From Octopus sinensis (lineage: Eukaryota), in the NCBI RefSeq assembly GCF_006345805.1, contig NC_042999.1, positions 128,154,001 through 128,218,000 of the forward strand: 64,000 bases of DNA. Direction: 5' to 3'. A program made the translations under genes and the position numbers. This document shows, piece by piece, positions 1 to 12,381 of this stretch. The notes under the pieces are model-generated. The model was not told where the DNA came from. It saw nothing but the letters and a program-made list of their open reading frames with translations, and ran no database searches. Numbering within the stretch: the first letter of the stretch is position 1; each line of letters starts with the position of its first letter.

Positions 1-170
1 AGGGATGACCTGTTAAAGTGTGCTGCTTTTACATCTGGGGGTGCTAGAGAAAGGCCTCTTTTGGTTATGAATGACGATGGGATTGCACCTAGAAAGTTAC
101 GTTCTTAGGCACAAGTCCAGGCAAGGTTGTTTATGAAAAACCAGCAGTTGCCTGTGCATGCCAGCCATCC
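1..170 (+). mobile_element. RTE 3'-end remnant
   Basis: gatgacctgttaaagtgtgctg resembles the ORF end of the 19-22 kb RTE (gaccgagtcctctggaagtgtgctg). Confidence 0.35.
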
Positions 171-543
171 CTCTCCATGCCATCAATGTCATAGAAGGGA
201 AAGGCAAAGGCCAATACAACTTGGCACCGGTGAGGGTGCTGCTCAATTCTACAGCTTAGTGAGCTGGTGCAATAGCGTAACAAAGTGTCTTGCTCAAGAA
301 CACAACACAAAGCCTGGTCAGGAAATCAAAATAATGTAAATAAAGCTTATGCATATTTTTATATTCCTGCTGTTAGAGGGCTGGATTAGCAGAATTGGCA
401 AGTATTGGATAAAATACTCTGTGGTATTTAGTTGTGCATCTCTACATTCTGATGTCAAATTCTGCCAAGCTGATCTTATATAATTATAATGCTATATGTA
501 TTCATCTTAAAATAATATATATATATTTCAATTGTTGTTTCAG

Positions 544-577
544 ATGAAGACATTCATTTTCATTACAAAGCAGAGAG
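544..577 (+). CDS. ELAPOR (KIAA1324-like): ELAPOR/KIAA1324-like internal exon (DEDIHFHYKAES)
   Basis: tttcag acceptor and gtgagt donor. The peptide resembles the DVIFFYRSND segment of vertebrate ELAPOR1. It ends in phase 2 (AG), joining T of the next exon to give Ser. Confidence 0.8.
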
Positions 578-2216
578 GTGAGTTCTTTTCATTTTTATGA
601 AATTTTTTTGTTTTAATACATTTTGAAAATTCAGTTAAACATATAATATTTATATATCATCATCATCATCAATAACAGCATTTTTAGTGTCCACTTTTCT
701 ATGCTTGCATCTGTCACACAAAACTCTTTGAGTCAGATGTTCTTTACCAGATAATCATCTTCTTGCCAACCCTTTCTTACTTCTGAGCAAAGAAATATTT
801 TCCGTTGTTCTATGAACATGAACAAAGCAAGGGCAGGGTATGTATCTTAGAGAATTGCAGACAAATGACAGTGGCACCATTTTTTGCTTGAATAATCACT
901 TTTACAAATGTCAAGACAAGGGGATACAAACACCCCACTCCACCCATATAAACACATGCATGCATGCATACATACATACGTATATCACTGTATCAACCAA
1001 TCTATTGGATGTTATACTTGCTGGTTACAATGTGCTTCTTTGCATTTTTGTAGCTTCTGAATGATGCCATCCTACTGGCTATGTGGGTGAGCCAACATTT
1101 TTCATGAATGGAATGCTAGTCCATTCCAAGGTTTCCTATTTACAGCTGAGTGGACTGGAGCAATATGAAATGAAGTGTTTTGCTCAAAACACACAATGCA
1201 CCACTGATCTGAGAATCAAAACCATGATCTTGTGACTATGAGTGCAACATCATAATCACCAAGCCACATACTTTTCACTCACACACATATACATGCACAT
1301 GTACATACATATATTTATACAGAGAAAGAGAAAATGTGAGAGAGGGAGATAGATAAAAGTTACACAAATAACATGAGTAAAATTTGAGGAAATGTGAAAG
1401 CAACCAAACAAAAAATTCTGTGTAGTGCCAGACAAGTAAGCTCATGTGGCTATAAAGGGTAGAAATATAGAGTAAAAAACAAAAAGCAAAGATGTGAACA
1501 GTGAAGCTCAATTTGAAAAAAAGAAAAATACAAGAGAATCTGATGTTTTGAGTGATAAATTTTGTCAAAGAGAAGAAAATAGAATGGGATAAAGAATTGA
1601 ACAGCAAGAGAAACAGAAAATTGTACAGTATAAAATAAAATGTCTGTTTACATGGCAGGTCTGAATGAAAGCTGTGAAATGAAACAGAATGACCAAAAGT
1701 AGCAGTATTTATATGGGTCACAATGAGGTTAAAAGAACAAAGAGAGATGGAATGAGAGAGGGAGAGAGAGAGAGAGAGAGAGAGAAAGAAGGACAAGGAG
1801 AGAAGAGTGAAATGGAAGAGAAAAAGTAAAGGATGAAAGGTGAGAAATGTAGCAGGGCACTCACAGTACCAGTTTGTGTATGGATGTGTGTGTGTTTGTA
1901 CATGGATGTGTAGGTTATATGTTTAGTAGAACGGCACCTGTATGTATTGTATTTTTGTGAACGAGGGGTAATGTATCTGTGCGATGTTTTAAGATAGGGA
2001 GACCTGTATGAAGGGGTGGTAAGTTGGAGGAATGTTTATATCTTTATTTAATGTGAGAGGGTTTGTGTTTCTGTGTGTGTCTGTGTATGAACACATGAAG
2101 TGGGCAGTTATGCCCATGTGCCAGTGCAGTTTGTGGTATGTTCAATCTATATGGGTATATAGATGCATAGTATTGTATATGTGTGCATATATTTATCTGT
2201 ATATATGTATGTGAAC

Positions 2217-2252
<36 letters not shown>

Positions 2253-2265
2253 ATAGATAGATAGA

Positions 2266-2470
2266 TAGATAAAAATAGTTATGACTTGTTTATGGGGTTA
2301 CCCAAGGTTTTGTGTCCACAAAGCACTTAGCTTTACAGTGTCTCATCAGACCCTAAAGGCCAGTGGAGGTTATAGGCCATTATGGTCTGATGAGATGGTG
2401 TAAAGCTAAGTGCTTTATGGATGTGTAACCCTGAGTGACTCCATAAACTGGCCATAACTATCTTTATCTA
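2266..2470. repeat. 205-bp fold-back inverted repeat (96-bp arms, 13-nt loop)
   Basis: Manual alignment: 77/96 identity between arms, no indels. Confidence 0.9.
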
Positions 2471-2539
2471 AATACTCTACTGCTCTATAACTTAGAATGT
2501 GCTTCCCTTTTGAATTTATGATTTACTGACAATATATAC

Positions 2540-2596
<57 letters not shown>

Positions 2597-2600
2597 TATA

Positions 2601-3461
2601 CAGGGTGCAGTAAATCAATTGTTGTCTAAATCATGCAAAAATGAAAATATCACTGACATCTCATTTCAACATATATTTACCAAAATTACATAAAAATATC
2701 TTGAAATGCTAAAGAGTAAATTTATTCAATAAAATTGCCATTGGCTTCAACCATGGCTTCCAGCCAACTTTCGAATCTCCTACAACTCTTTTGGATGGCC
2801 TCCTTGTTTAAGTTGGTGAATGCTGCCATAATCCTTTCCTTCAGTTCATCTTTGGTGTTGCAAGGAATTTTGTTGGTCTCTTGCTCAATTACGCTCCACA
2901 CAATAATCAAGGAAGTTGCTGTCTGGGGAGTTAGGTGGCCAAATGGTAGGGGTGATGTGGTCGCAGAAATTGTCTGACAGCCATGATTAGCTTCTCCTGT
3001 GTGTGGCATGATGCAGAGTCCTGTTGCCGGACATAAGGTCTTTCAACAGCCACCCTCTTGACCCAGGGCAGCCCTACCTCCTCCAGGCACTTGATATAAG
3101 CCTCTGTGTTGAGTTTGAGGCCATGTGGGAAGATGAATGGAGGCATAACATTGCCATCACTAGTAATCACTTCAAAAACCATGATTTTTTATTTTATATC
3201 ACTCTCAGTACATGTTTTGTTGACTCAGATTGACATCCAACACTCCGAAATGTTCATATTGGATCTTCTGGCGCAAATGCCAAGCAGTTCAATATGTCAT
3301 TTACAAATTTCTGGCAGAGTGAATTGCATCATGGTGCTGTTTTTCTCAGTCAGTGTCCAACTCACCCTACTATACTGTATAGTTGACAAAATCAAAAACA
3401 AGCAATGCGCATGTGCGAAATTAAAAATATAAAATAGCGACAATTTACCCATCGCATCCTG
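2601..3461 (-). mobile_element. Internally deleted DD37D (maT/mori-type) Tc1/mariner element
   Basis: TA on both flanks and degenerate TIRs (CAGGGTGC.../...GCATCCTG). QQDSA...WPPNSPDSNFLDY gives 37 residues between the second and third Asp after repairing one frameshift. Confidence 0.85.
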
Positions 3462-4544
3462 TACACACACTCACACACGTGTCAGTTGTATATTGTAATA
3501 TTCACCTATTGTGTATGTACCTGTGTTATTTTCTTTTGATTGTTCTGTTTGTATTCATAATCACTATTACTTTTCTTTCTCTTATTTCTGTATAAAATGA
3601 TCTTGCCAATAAATTAAAATATAGTTTACTCAGGAGTACACTGAAATTTTCAGTAAAGCAATTTTATTGCAATTATTTCCCTTGCTTGCTCGAGATATTA
3701 AACACTTGTAGAAGATATTTAGTGATACAGCTAGTGAGGCTGAATGGATTGGTAATTAGTAAGTGATGTGCAGTTTCACTTTTTGAACATAAGTTTTCTA
3801 CTCAGATGATGGCCTGAGAAGCTGATGTCTTGTATCGTCTCACTAGTGCTGTGCTGTTTCCATTTTGGTTGACTGTGTAGGCTTTAGCATTACTGAAAAT
3901 TTTATCGCTTTTTCATTTAACTTGAAATGGTGAGATTGAAATTTGCTGTGGGTTCTGACTAAGAAGTGTGCTTGTGCATATGATTTACTTGCAATTAAGA
4001 TATACAAAAATGTTCACATTCAAGATTTTCAAGATGAAATCTTATTTATTTTTAAATGGAGAAATTACAGTGATGGTTATTTGCATGGATGAACACATAC
4101 TTTAGAATAAAAAACAAGGTTTGCAGCATAAGTAAATTTTTGAACCCTTCCTCTGCAAAAATTTAGAGGGAACATTGGTACTGACCATGACAGAAATCTT
4201 TATATTCTAACACAAAGCATTTTTATTGTAGTTTTTAAGAATTGGCATAATTTACAACTTATATTGACAAACCATTTGAGCTTTTAATTCTCATTATTAT
4301 CCCAATTCATTACACTGTTACACAAATCATTGCTCTCCATACTAATAAATAAGAAAAAAATTGTGTTTTGCTGTTATTAGAGAATCCTGAATACCCCCAT
4401 GTGACTGAAGGTGGACTCATAACGATTATGTTGACAATAAAGCCTTTTTTAATTTCTCTAAGTATATTTTTGTTATAATTTCTTCAAAATTTTCAGAGAT
4501 AAAAACCTTTATTTCTTTTCTTTTTTTGTGTGTGTGTCATCCAG

Positions 4545-4787
4545 TCCAACAGCTGCTTGTCAGGATGGCCGAGAGACAATCATTACACTTCGATGCGATG
4601 TGAAAGAAGACAAACGTGGGACTATTGACTTGCCACCTAAATGTCCAGATGGCACATGTGATGGTTGTACTTTCCACTTTCTGTGGCGTAGCCAACATGC
4701 CTGTCCTGTTTGCAGAGAAGAAGATTATGATGTTATTGTTAGCGAATGTATAGCTGGTGAACAAACAATTCATTATTATCCCAAAAA
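4545..4787 (+). CDS. ELAPOR (KIAA1324-like): ELAPOR/KIAA1324-like exon, Cys-rich luminal region (PTAACQDGRETIITLRC...CPDGTCDGCTFHFLWRSQHACPVC...HYYPK)
   Basis: The family motif C-x-DGTCDGC-x-FHFLW-x-S-x-x-ACP-x-C is present. ccag acceptor, gtaagt donor, 243 nt, phase 2-2. Confidence 0.95.
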
Positions 4788-4946
4788 GTAAGTATTATAA
4801 CCAAATATTATTATAGATAAATATAAATGTATTATCAGGCAACAGGTCATACATAATTTCTTTCTTAGATATAGGCTCCCTTTATTAAAAAGAAATAAAT
4901 GCATCATGTTTTTTTTTCTTAAAATAAGTGCCTATTGGGTGATAGT

Positions 4947-5186
4947 GGAGGCACATGGCCTAGTGGTTAGAGCAGTGAACTCGCAGGCGAGGGATTGCGG
5001 GCTCCGGCAGAAGGTAATGGTGAACTTCTGCTGACTCTTTTGCCACAACTTTCTCTCACTCTTTCCTCCTGCATCTTGCAGCTCACCTGCGACAGACCAG
5101 TGTCCCGTCCGGGTGGGGAACCTATACGCCAAAGAAACTGGGAAACCAGCCCTTATGAGCCAAGCGTGGCTCGAGTAGGAACAAAC
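4947..5186 (+). mobile_element. tRNA-derived SINE with a V-domain-like body
   Basis: A-box tggcctagtggttagagc. Body cacctgcgacagaccagtgtcccgtcc...gaaactgggaaaccagcccttatgagcc resembles V-SINE cores (family assignment from recall). Confidence 0.6.
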
Positions 5187-5233
5187 TGTTGGGTGATACT
5201 TCAGAGCTTCTGGAACCTACAAAACATCTTTAA

Positions 5234-5345
5234 CCCTTTAGCATCCGGATTACTCTGTCAAATGCAATGGTTATTCATTCACATTGTTTTGAATTAATTA
5301 TGCATTACTTCATAGCTCTGAGATTTCAATGAGGTGATTGTTTTA
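5234..5345. mobile_element. Partial copy of the same piggyBac-like MITE, opposite orientation
   Basis: ttaaccctttagcatccggattactctgtcaaatg matches the reverse complement of the right end of 30631-30850. Confidence 0.7.
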
Positions 5346-6112
5346 GTTTTGGTTACTTTGCTGATGCTGTTGCAAATGGTATAAATATCAGAAGTTTGTG
5401 TTTTCTCTTCACACCAACTCTCAAACTTTATGCTAATGTAAAAATATCATAGATGCAGGTGTGGCTATGTGATGAGGATTTTTTTCTCAAGCACATGTTT
5501 CTGGGTTCAGTTTCATTGTGTGGTACCTTCAGCAAATGGTTTCTACTATAGCTTCAGGGAAACCAAAGACTTTGTCATGTATATCTGTCTATGTACAAGT
5601 GTATATGTGTTTGTACCCAACTACCACTTGGCAACCAATGTTGCTTTGTTTATGTCCCCACAACTAAGCAGTTTAGCAAAGAGATCAATAGAATAAGTAA
5701 CAAGCTTTAAAATAAAAATGCACTGGGGTTAATTTGTTTGACTAAATTCTTCAGGATGGTGCCCCAGTATGGTTGCAGTCAAGTGACTGAAATATATAAA
5801 AGACATACACACATGAGATCAATGATATCTGTGTCTTAGTTAAAACTGAAAGCTATGAACATTAAGGTGACTTAATACTTACCTCAGTCTGGTGGCTAAA
5901 CAGAAGCAACTTCCAGATTTTCCAGTAAAACAGCAATTGTGATTGATTAGACAAATACTTGAAAATGTTCCTAGTTGGTATTTCTCTCTGCTTTGTCCTT
6001 TACATGCAAAAGACATTGTAAAAGTCTAAGAAAATATAATTTGTAAAATGAAATCTATTTGAGATTCTTTATTTTTTTAAACATAATATAAACTTTAAAT
6101 TTCTTTTTGCAG

Positions 6113-6182
6113 GCATTGCATGATAATCAATAATGAGAAGCCCACCACCAAGAAAAAGAAATGTTCTTCAATTCCCTTTGCT
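6113..6182 (+). CDS. ELAPOR (KIAA1324-like): ELAPOR/KIAA1324-like exon (KHCMIINNEKPTTKKKKCSSIPFA)
   Basis: ttctttttgcag acceptor, gtaaga donor, phase 2-0. Cys spacing matches the juxtamembrane segment (KLC...VTICKT in vertebrates). Confidence 0.85.
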
Positions 6183-6323
6183 GTAAGAATTTATTATATT
6201 ATTAGTATATCTATGTCATCAAAACTGCTGGCAGTTTTATTAATGAGAGAAAATGGTGCATTAAAACAATGAGAGAAACGACTTATAAATGTCAGTAATT
6301 GAGTAAATATATATATATATGTG

Positions 6324-6377
<54 letters not shown>

Positions 6378-6381
<4 letters not shown>

Positions 6382-7250
6382 CATTCCAAAAATTATGGCC
6401 AGATTCAGAAATATAATTTTATTCCGGAAAAATAAACAATAGAAATGTTTTGATTAGTCAGAGTGTGAGCCGTGAACATCTTTGCATCTCTGCCATCAAT
6501 CAACAAGATTATGCCTTGTTGATAAAAACTTATTGACTTTGATGCTAAGAAATCTTTGAAAGCTGATTCTACATCTGGTTCAAACCTGAAAGTTTTATCA
6601 CTGAAAAAAGCGTTTTCAGTGATTAAAAAAATGGTAGACAGTGGATGAAAGTTTAGGGGAATATGGAGGATATGGTAAAGTCTCACATCTCAAGTCTGTA
6701 AGATTCTGGAGCGTCATTCTTGCAACATGTGACTTTGCATTATTGTGGCGCAGAATTGGGCCGTGCTCATTCACCAATGGAAGTCTCATTTTTTTCTAGT
6801 AAGCATTCATATCTGAGTTGATTGCAGTAAACCTCTGCTGTAATGCTCTGATTGGAGAACACCAATTGCAGACTACCAGTCACCATAATCTTTTGCTGAT
6901 GCAACTTTGGCTTTGGGAAATGTTTGGGGGTCTCATCACAATCAAGCCATTTACGGTTATCAAAGGATCCACTTTTTGTCACAAGTGACTGTTCGGTCAA
7001 GAAAAGGAATATTGATATTTTGCAGAAAGAGCATCGAGCACTCTTCAAAGCTCCAAACGTTTTGAATTTCATTGAGCTCATGTGGTACCCATTTATTGAG
7101 CTTTGCCACCATAGCAGGTTGCATGAGACCGTTGCAATATCGATACCAAGTCCCTGAGACATTTCTGTTAGACTTTGATGTGAGTTTTGTTCAACAATTG
7201 CATTCACCTTGGTTTTATCTTTGTCTTTGTTGTCATGGTTACAACAAAAC
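6378..7250 (-). mobile_element. 5'-truncated degenerate mariner transposase
   Basis: AIVEQN, TCDEKW-like, PKPKLHQQKIMV and LPYPPYSPKLSSTVYHFF fragments. One terminus abuts TA at 6376-6377. The other TIR was not found. Confidence 0.8.
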
Positions 7251-7685
7251 TGTTTAGTTCATCATATTTTGTTGAAATTTAGAAAAAAAGAAGAAAAAAG
7301 TCAATTTAAAAGAATAAAGATTCAGTTGAAACCTTTCAGTTTTTTTTTGTGATGCCATTGATTTTTTTCTTTTCTTTTAAAGAAAGAATTTAAATAAAAA
7401 TTTTATAAAATATTCTTTGTAAAGTAATTGATTTATAAATAAATATGCAATAATTGATCTGCTCAGTAATTATTTTTGAATCAAATTTGCAATAGAAATC
7501 TTTGATTGAAAATAAGGAATCCATTGACTTGTTGAAGAAATTATATAAATCAGTTTATTTATTTTATTTTTCCTCTTTTAAAAATATCTTAAACATAAAA
7601 AAGCCTTATCAAATATGCTTCCTTTCAGTTATGATATTTTATCATTTATTCACTCAATATTTCTTTTCATCTTTTTCTTCTTCAG

Positions 7686-7768
7686 ATTGAAATAGGTAGC
7701 ATGTGTGCGCTGTCAGTTGGCTTATTGTTGCTCTGTTTGGTATTTTACTGCTGGAAGAAAAATAAGAA
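7686..7768 (+). CDS. ELAPOR (KIAA1324-like): ELAPOR/KIAA1324-like transmembrane exon (IEIGSMCALSVGLLLLCLVFYCWKKNKK)
   Basis: Hydrophobic helix followed by the family motif WKKNxK. Long pyrimidine tract plus cag acceptor, gtaaga donor, phase 0-2. Confidence 0.92.
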
Positions 7769-7914
7769 GTAAGATGGATTTGTAATTTTCTCTCTTTTGT
7801 TTTTTTACTGTTTTAGTATTTGTTTATGTAGGCATATAACCTAGTAGTCAGGGTGTTGGGTTCAATTCCTAGACTGGAATTCCTTAGCTCATTAGTATTC
7901 AGATCATTCTGTTA

Positions 7915-8070
7915 TCTATATATATATAAAACTGAGAATGTGTGCATCACTAAAACTCGAGAACTACCCACCCGATTTCATACATTCACAAAATTTTATT
8001 TGTCAAGTTCGAGAAAGGAACATAGTAATGAAAAAAATAACAAGATTTTTTTCCAGAATTCTGACGACTT
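7915..8070 (+). mobile_element. Helitron-like 5' fragment
   Basis: A|TCTATATATATATAAAACTGAGAATGTGTG resembles the 5' end of the 23.3-23.7 kb element. No 3' CTAG end seen. Confidence 0.45.
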
Positions 8071-8079
8071 TTTTTCTCA

Positions 8080-8114
<35 letters not shown>

Positions 8115-8979
8115 AACATACGTATATACATACATATAAGAGACCAAAGTGTATGTATGCCTTTAATACAAAATGGGACACAAACGCAAAACATCCAGAA
8201 AGGTGATACAAAAAAAAGGACAACAAAACATTGAGATAAATGGTACAAAGAAAACAAGGATGGGTCATTCAGAGATTTGTTTCCTCAGTTGAGTTCCAGA
8301 TTATCTTTGCAATTTCAGCTGGTTAACATCTTTACTATTCATAATATATCTGCTGTTATTAATAACCAATTATTATTTATTGTTATTATAATTTAGTGGC
8401 TGGAACTGGCAAATGGCACTTGCCTTTGCTGTGTCAGGGTCATCCAGGGTTGTCTTTGAGGTTCCCTGTGTCACACTAAATGGGTGTCTCCACCATTTTG
8501 AGTGTTATTTTCTGTTCTTGTTTTATTATTCTATTACTCTGAGCTGGCAGAATCACTAGTATGGCAGACAGAATGCTTGGTTGCATTTGTTCTGGCTTTT
8601 TATGTTCTGAGTTTAAATTCTGCTGAGGTCAGTTTTGTCTTTCATCCTTTCAGGATTGATAAAATAAATACCATTAAACTATTCCCCTTCTCCTAAAAGT
8701 GCTGGTCTTATGCCAAAATTTGAAGCCATTTTTTTACGTCATTGTTTTTGTTGATCTCACTCTGTTACTGTTTCTTTGTTTGTTTCTTTTTATTTCATCG
8801 TTGTATTGTCTCCAGTGGTCAATAATAAAGGAAATTGTCGTTGTTGTTATTGTTGCAAACTAAATCGTTAATCAGTCAATTCAGTTTATTTCTCAGTGTA
8901 GATGTAAGTTCAGTGTCAATTACATTTAAAATCAAAAGAAAATCATGGAAAACACTAAAATGCAAGCTTTTGTTTTCAG

Positions 8980-9157
8980 ACTGGAATACAAGTATATGAT
9001 GTTAGTGGAAAGTGCCACTGGGGAAAAGGAGCTTCCAGCTGCTGAAACTTGTGCCCTTGATGATGGGGAAGAAGAACATTTTGATGTGGTTGACTTTCCT
9101 AAGGACTCTAAACGTAAAAGCCTGCTGAAGACTCTCCGCTCCAAAATGGGATCAAGA
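8980..9157 (+). CDS. ELAPOR (KIAA1324-like): ELAPOR/KIAA1324-like cytoplasmic tail exon (LEYKYMMLVESATGEKELPAAETCALDDGEEE...KMGSR)
   Basis: LEYKY and LPAAxxCA motifs are conserved in the family. ttttcag acceptor, gtgagt donor, phase 2-0. Confidence 0.95.
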
Positions 9158-11469
9158 GTGAGTATTGTTGTGTTATCAAATAGTTTCTATTCCTCGTGGT
9201 GGTTGTAGTTGTGATTGTGATGGTTACCACATTGATGGAGTTGTTTTTAGCCTAGACTGACAGGGTCTATGATTTTTGATTTTTTTAATAAATGTTACTT
9301 TAGCAGTTGAAATTAGTTCAGAGATGCTTTTCACTGTAAACTTATTAAGAACAAGTTATATTAAATCTAAATGTCATAAAATAAGTTCACATAAGGTGAA
9401 ATTTTAATATTTTGATTGGAGCTCATCATCATCATCATCATCATCCTTTAACATCTGTTTTCTATGGGTTGGATGCCATCCTTTTGAACTCTTATGTTAT
9501 TTTATGAATTCCCTTAATAATTTATTCTTTTTATACTGATGCAAAACATGAGTTTCCTCGTACTGTAGTGTTATTTTTACGCTAAATCTAATTATTACAT
9601 TTTTGTTGTAAATTATTTAATAATGACAAATAGACAAAGAAAGAGGTTAGTATATATTGTTTTAATGTCTTCGAAATAAAATCTAAAAGAAAGTTATATG
9701 CAACACTTCAAAAAAAAAAGAAGAAATAAACAATGACCTTTTCTTTGAATGGCTTCTCTTCTCTTTCTGCTTCAGAAGGATTGTGATTTTGTTAAACTTG
9801 AAGGTAGGCAAAGTGATGTGATCTTGAGAAGGGCTTTTCTTGTGCTGATTCATAAAGCTTACCTTTTGTTTATATTGTGATATAGTTCATACATTGATAT
9901 AGTTCATACAATGCTTTCTAAGTTTTTGTGTGCGTGTGTGTGTCTATTTTTTTATGAGTTTTTCACATTTAATTTGAAATTATTTTACTTCAGATGCTCA
10001 TTTCATTGTTCTGTTCTTTATTGTGCGATATCAGTGTTTGTTGCTCGCATACTATGGAGTTACCACAGAGGAGGCAATAAAGCATTAAATAAAGGATTAT
10101 ATTCTTATATTCCATTACTGATTAGACATTGAGAATCAGTTATATACTAGAGTCAATGCAATCAACAGTACCCTTGCCCTACAAACTTTTTACCATGTGC
10201 CATTGATATGGTGAAGCCATTCCATTTTGGTAGCTTATTTTGTCATGATAGGTCAACACTTGTGTTATGTGTGCCATTATTAATTGTTCTTACTTGTAAA
10301 ATTTATTGGAATACTCTTTTTTTCTTCAAAATAACATCTGTTTCTAAAAATCTAAAATCATCCATATACATATATATCAAAATTTGAGGGCAAAATGTAT
10401 TTAATATTAATCACTGGATCAGTAAAGTACAATTTTAACGAGGCACAAAGCTCTGCTTTAGATGATTGTATAAAAAGAGAAAATAATTACATCATTTAAA
10501 AAAAGCATAACAATCAAACATCGAATAGTCATGATTTTTTTAAGAAATATGATTATCAGGGAGAAGAAGCAGTGTTGAGATTGATAACACTGATGCTGTT
10601 TATGTTCAGAGAAAACAGTTATAAGTCAATGTGTGAATGAGAAATGTTGGTTGGGAGGGAAAACAGAAAGTTTGTTGATTAGATTATTTTATGATTTTTA
10701 TATTTTTATCTTTGAAAGAATTATTGTGTGATATTTGTTTGATCTCAGAAACTGGAATTTGTGGAGAAATCTAGCCTGTTAATTGTATTGATTTTTTGTT
10801 TGTTTGTTCAAGTAATCATATAGCTTAAATAATGTATGCCTGCAAGTAAAGAATAATTTTAGCTTGTTTGTTGGTTTAGAATGGTCAGACTAGTTCAACA
10901 TGTTGCTGAAAGTTAACACATGGTTGGATTTTTTTTTTTTATTAATAAGGACCAGAAAGTGGCAGTTTGGCAAAATTGGTATTTAGTTATTAGTGATATA
11001 TGAGTTTAAAATCTGATTGAGAAAGACTCTGCCTTTTATATTTCTGTTGTTTATTATATAAACTACTAATCATATATTGGAGTTGATACAACCAACTACC
11101 TCCACTTTAAATAAATAAAAATAAAAATGCTGGCCTTGAGCCTGAATTTGGAATATTATTTTCATAAGAATTAGAGAGCAGTGGATTGGCAAAATTTATA
11201 TATAGTTATGTCACTTTACATCTAAGATGAAATCCCACTAAGATCAACTTTTCATTCTTCTGTGGTCAATAAAATAATTACCAGTGCATGTATTGGAGTT
11301 GATATGTAATTGTCTGTACTCTTCTTGAAGTTTTTGGCCATTTTTTTTTGGTTACATTGAATGAAAATCAAAGAATGATCAACACCTTATTTTGGAAATC
11401 AGTTTATGATTTTACTTTGTTTTCACTGAATTTTTATTTCAACAGAATTTAACATGTTTTCCATTGCAG

Positions 11470-11538
11470 GATAGCAGCCATTTTGAAAATATACCATTCG
11501 ACCATGTAAAGATGCCACTTGATGAACAGTTTACATAA
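11470..11538 (+). CDS. ELAPOR (KIAA1324-like): ELAPOR/KIAA1324-like terminal coding exon (DSSHFENIPFDHVKMPLDEQFT*)
   Basis: ttttccattgcag acceptor, phase 0, in-frame TAA. FENIPF resembles the FDSVPL end of vertebrate ELAPOR1. Confidence 0.75.
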   Translation, partial: DSSHFENIPFDHVKMPLDEQFT

Positions 11539-12010
11539 GGTGTCACTTAGAACTACTGGCTTAACATTGGATTAAAAAGAAAAAAAAACAAAAAAAAAAT
11601 TTATTATGAAAAAAAATGTCATTCTACAAGTCCATATTTTTGTGTTATAGTTTGTTAAAACTGTGCTTTTATTGGATTTTTACTGGAAACCTGTTTGAAG
11701 ATGCCTCAAAATATAAAAGGTCATTGAACTCAGCTTAAACAGAATCAAAGTATTTGAAAAAAACATTCCAGTATTTGTAACGTTGCTACAACATGGCTAA
11801 ACCACTGTTACCAATAGGAGCCTGTTGACGTGTGGATATTGTCTTATACAAACATACATCAATGGTCCCTCTCACACTGATTTATGTTTTATTGGCAAGT
11901 TTAAATGTTCAGTACTGTTATACAGATGTGTCTAAAATATGATGATGTAAATCATTACTATTATATTATGGTTATATGCAGATGTGTCAATATTGTTAAC
12001 AGACTTTTAT

Positions 12011-12078
<68 letters not shown>

Positions 12079-12375
12079 GTATGTATGTGTGTGTGTGTGA
12101 AATGAAAGCATTTGACAATACTTTCATATAGGCATATACCATTATTGAAGAATATACAATGCTGTCACACACATATCTCAATGCTGTCGTATGGATACAC
12201 CTCATACGCTTCAACACCCCTCCACATAGAAATGTGTCATGTTACATTGGCATCTATACCCACCATTCTATTAATATACTATCATATTAATATTAATATG
12301 ATAGTATAGTCATATGTCTGAATCTTTGGCTCAATTTTTTAAATTTAGTTCTAAAATTGTTCTTCATTTTTTTCT

Positions 12376-12381
12376 AATAAA
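12376..12381 (+). promoter_or_regulatory. Candidate polyadenylation signal AATAAA for the ELAPOR-like gene
   Basis: AATAAA followed by a T-rich tract, ~840 nt past the stop codon. Hexamer only. Confidence 0.2.

Noticed and set aside
2395-2416. miR-79/miR-9*-like seed (AAAGCUA) in the hairpin 3' arm
   Set aside because: Only a 7-mer matches. The rest is unlike known miRNAs and the stem is far longer than a pre-miRNA.
3625-4180. Possible hAT-like element ending in gagggaacattg
   Set aside because: Only one putative terminus, with no partner TIR, TSD or transposase peptide.
8897-8903. 7-nt microexon candidate (ctcag|tgtagat|gtaagt) in the ELAPOR-like gene
   Set aside because: Inclusion frameshifts the conserved LEYKY exon into an early stop. 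There is no support beyond the splice dinucleotides, although a poison exon cannot be excluded.
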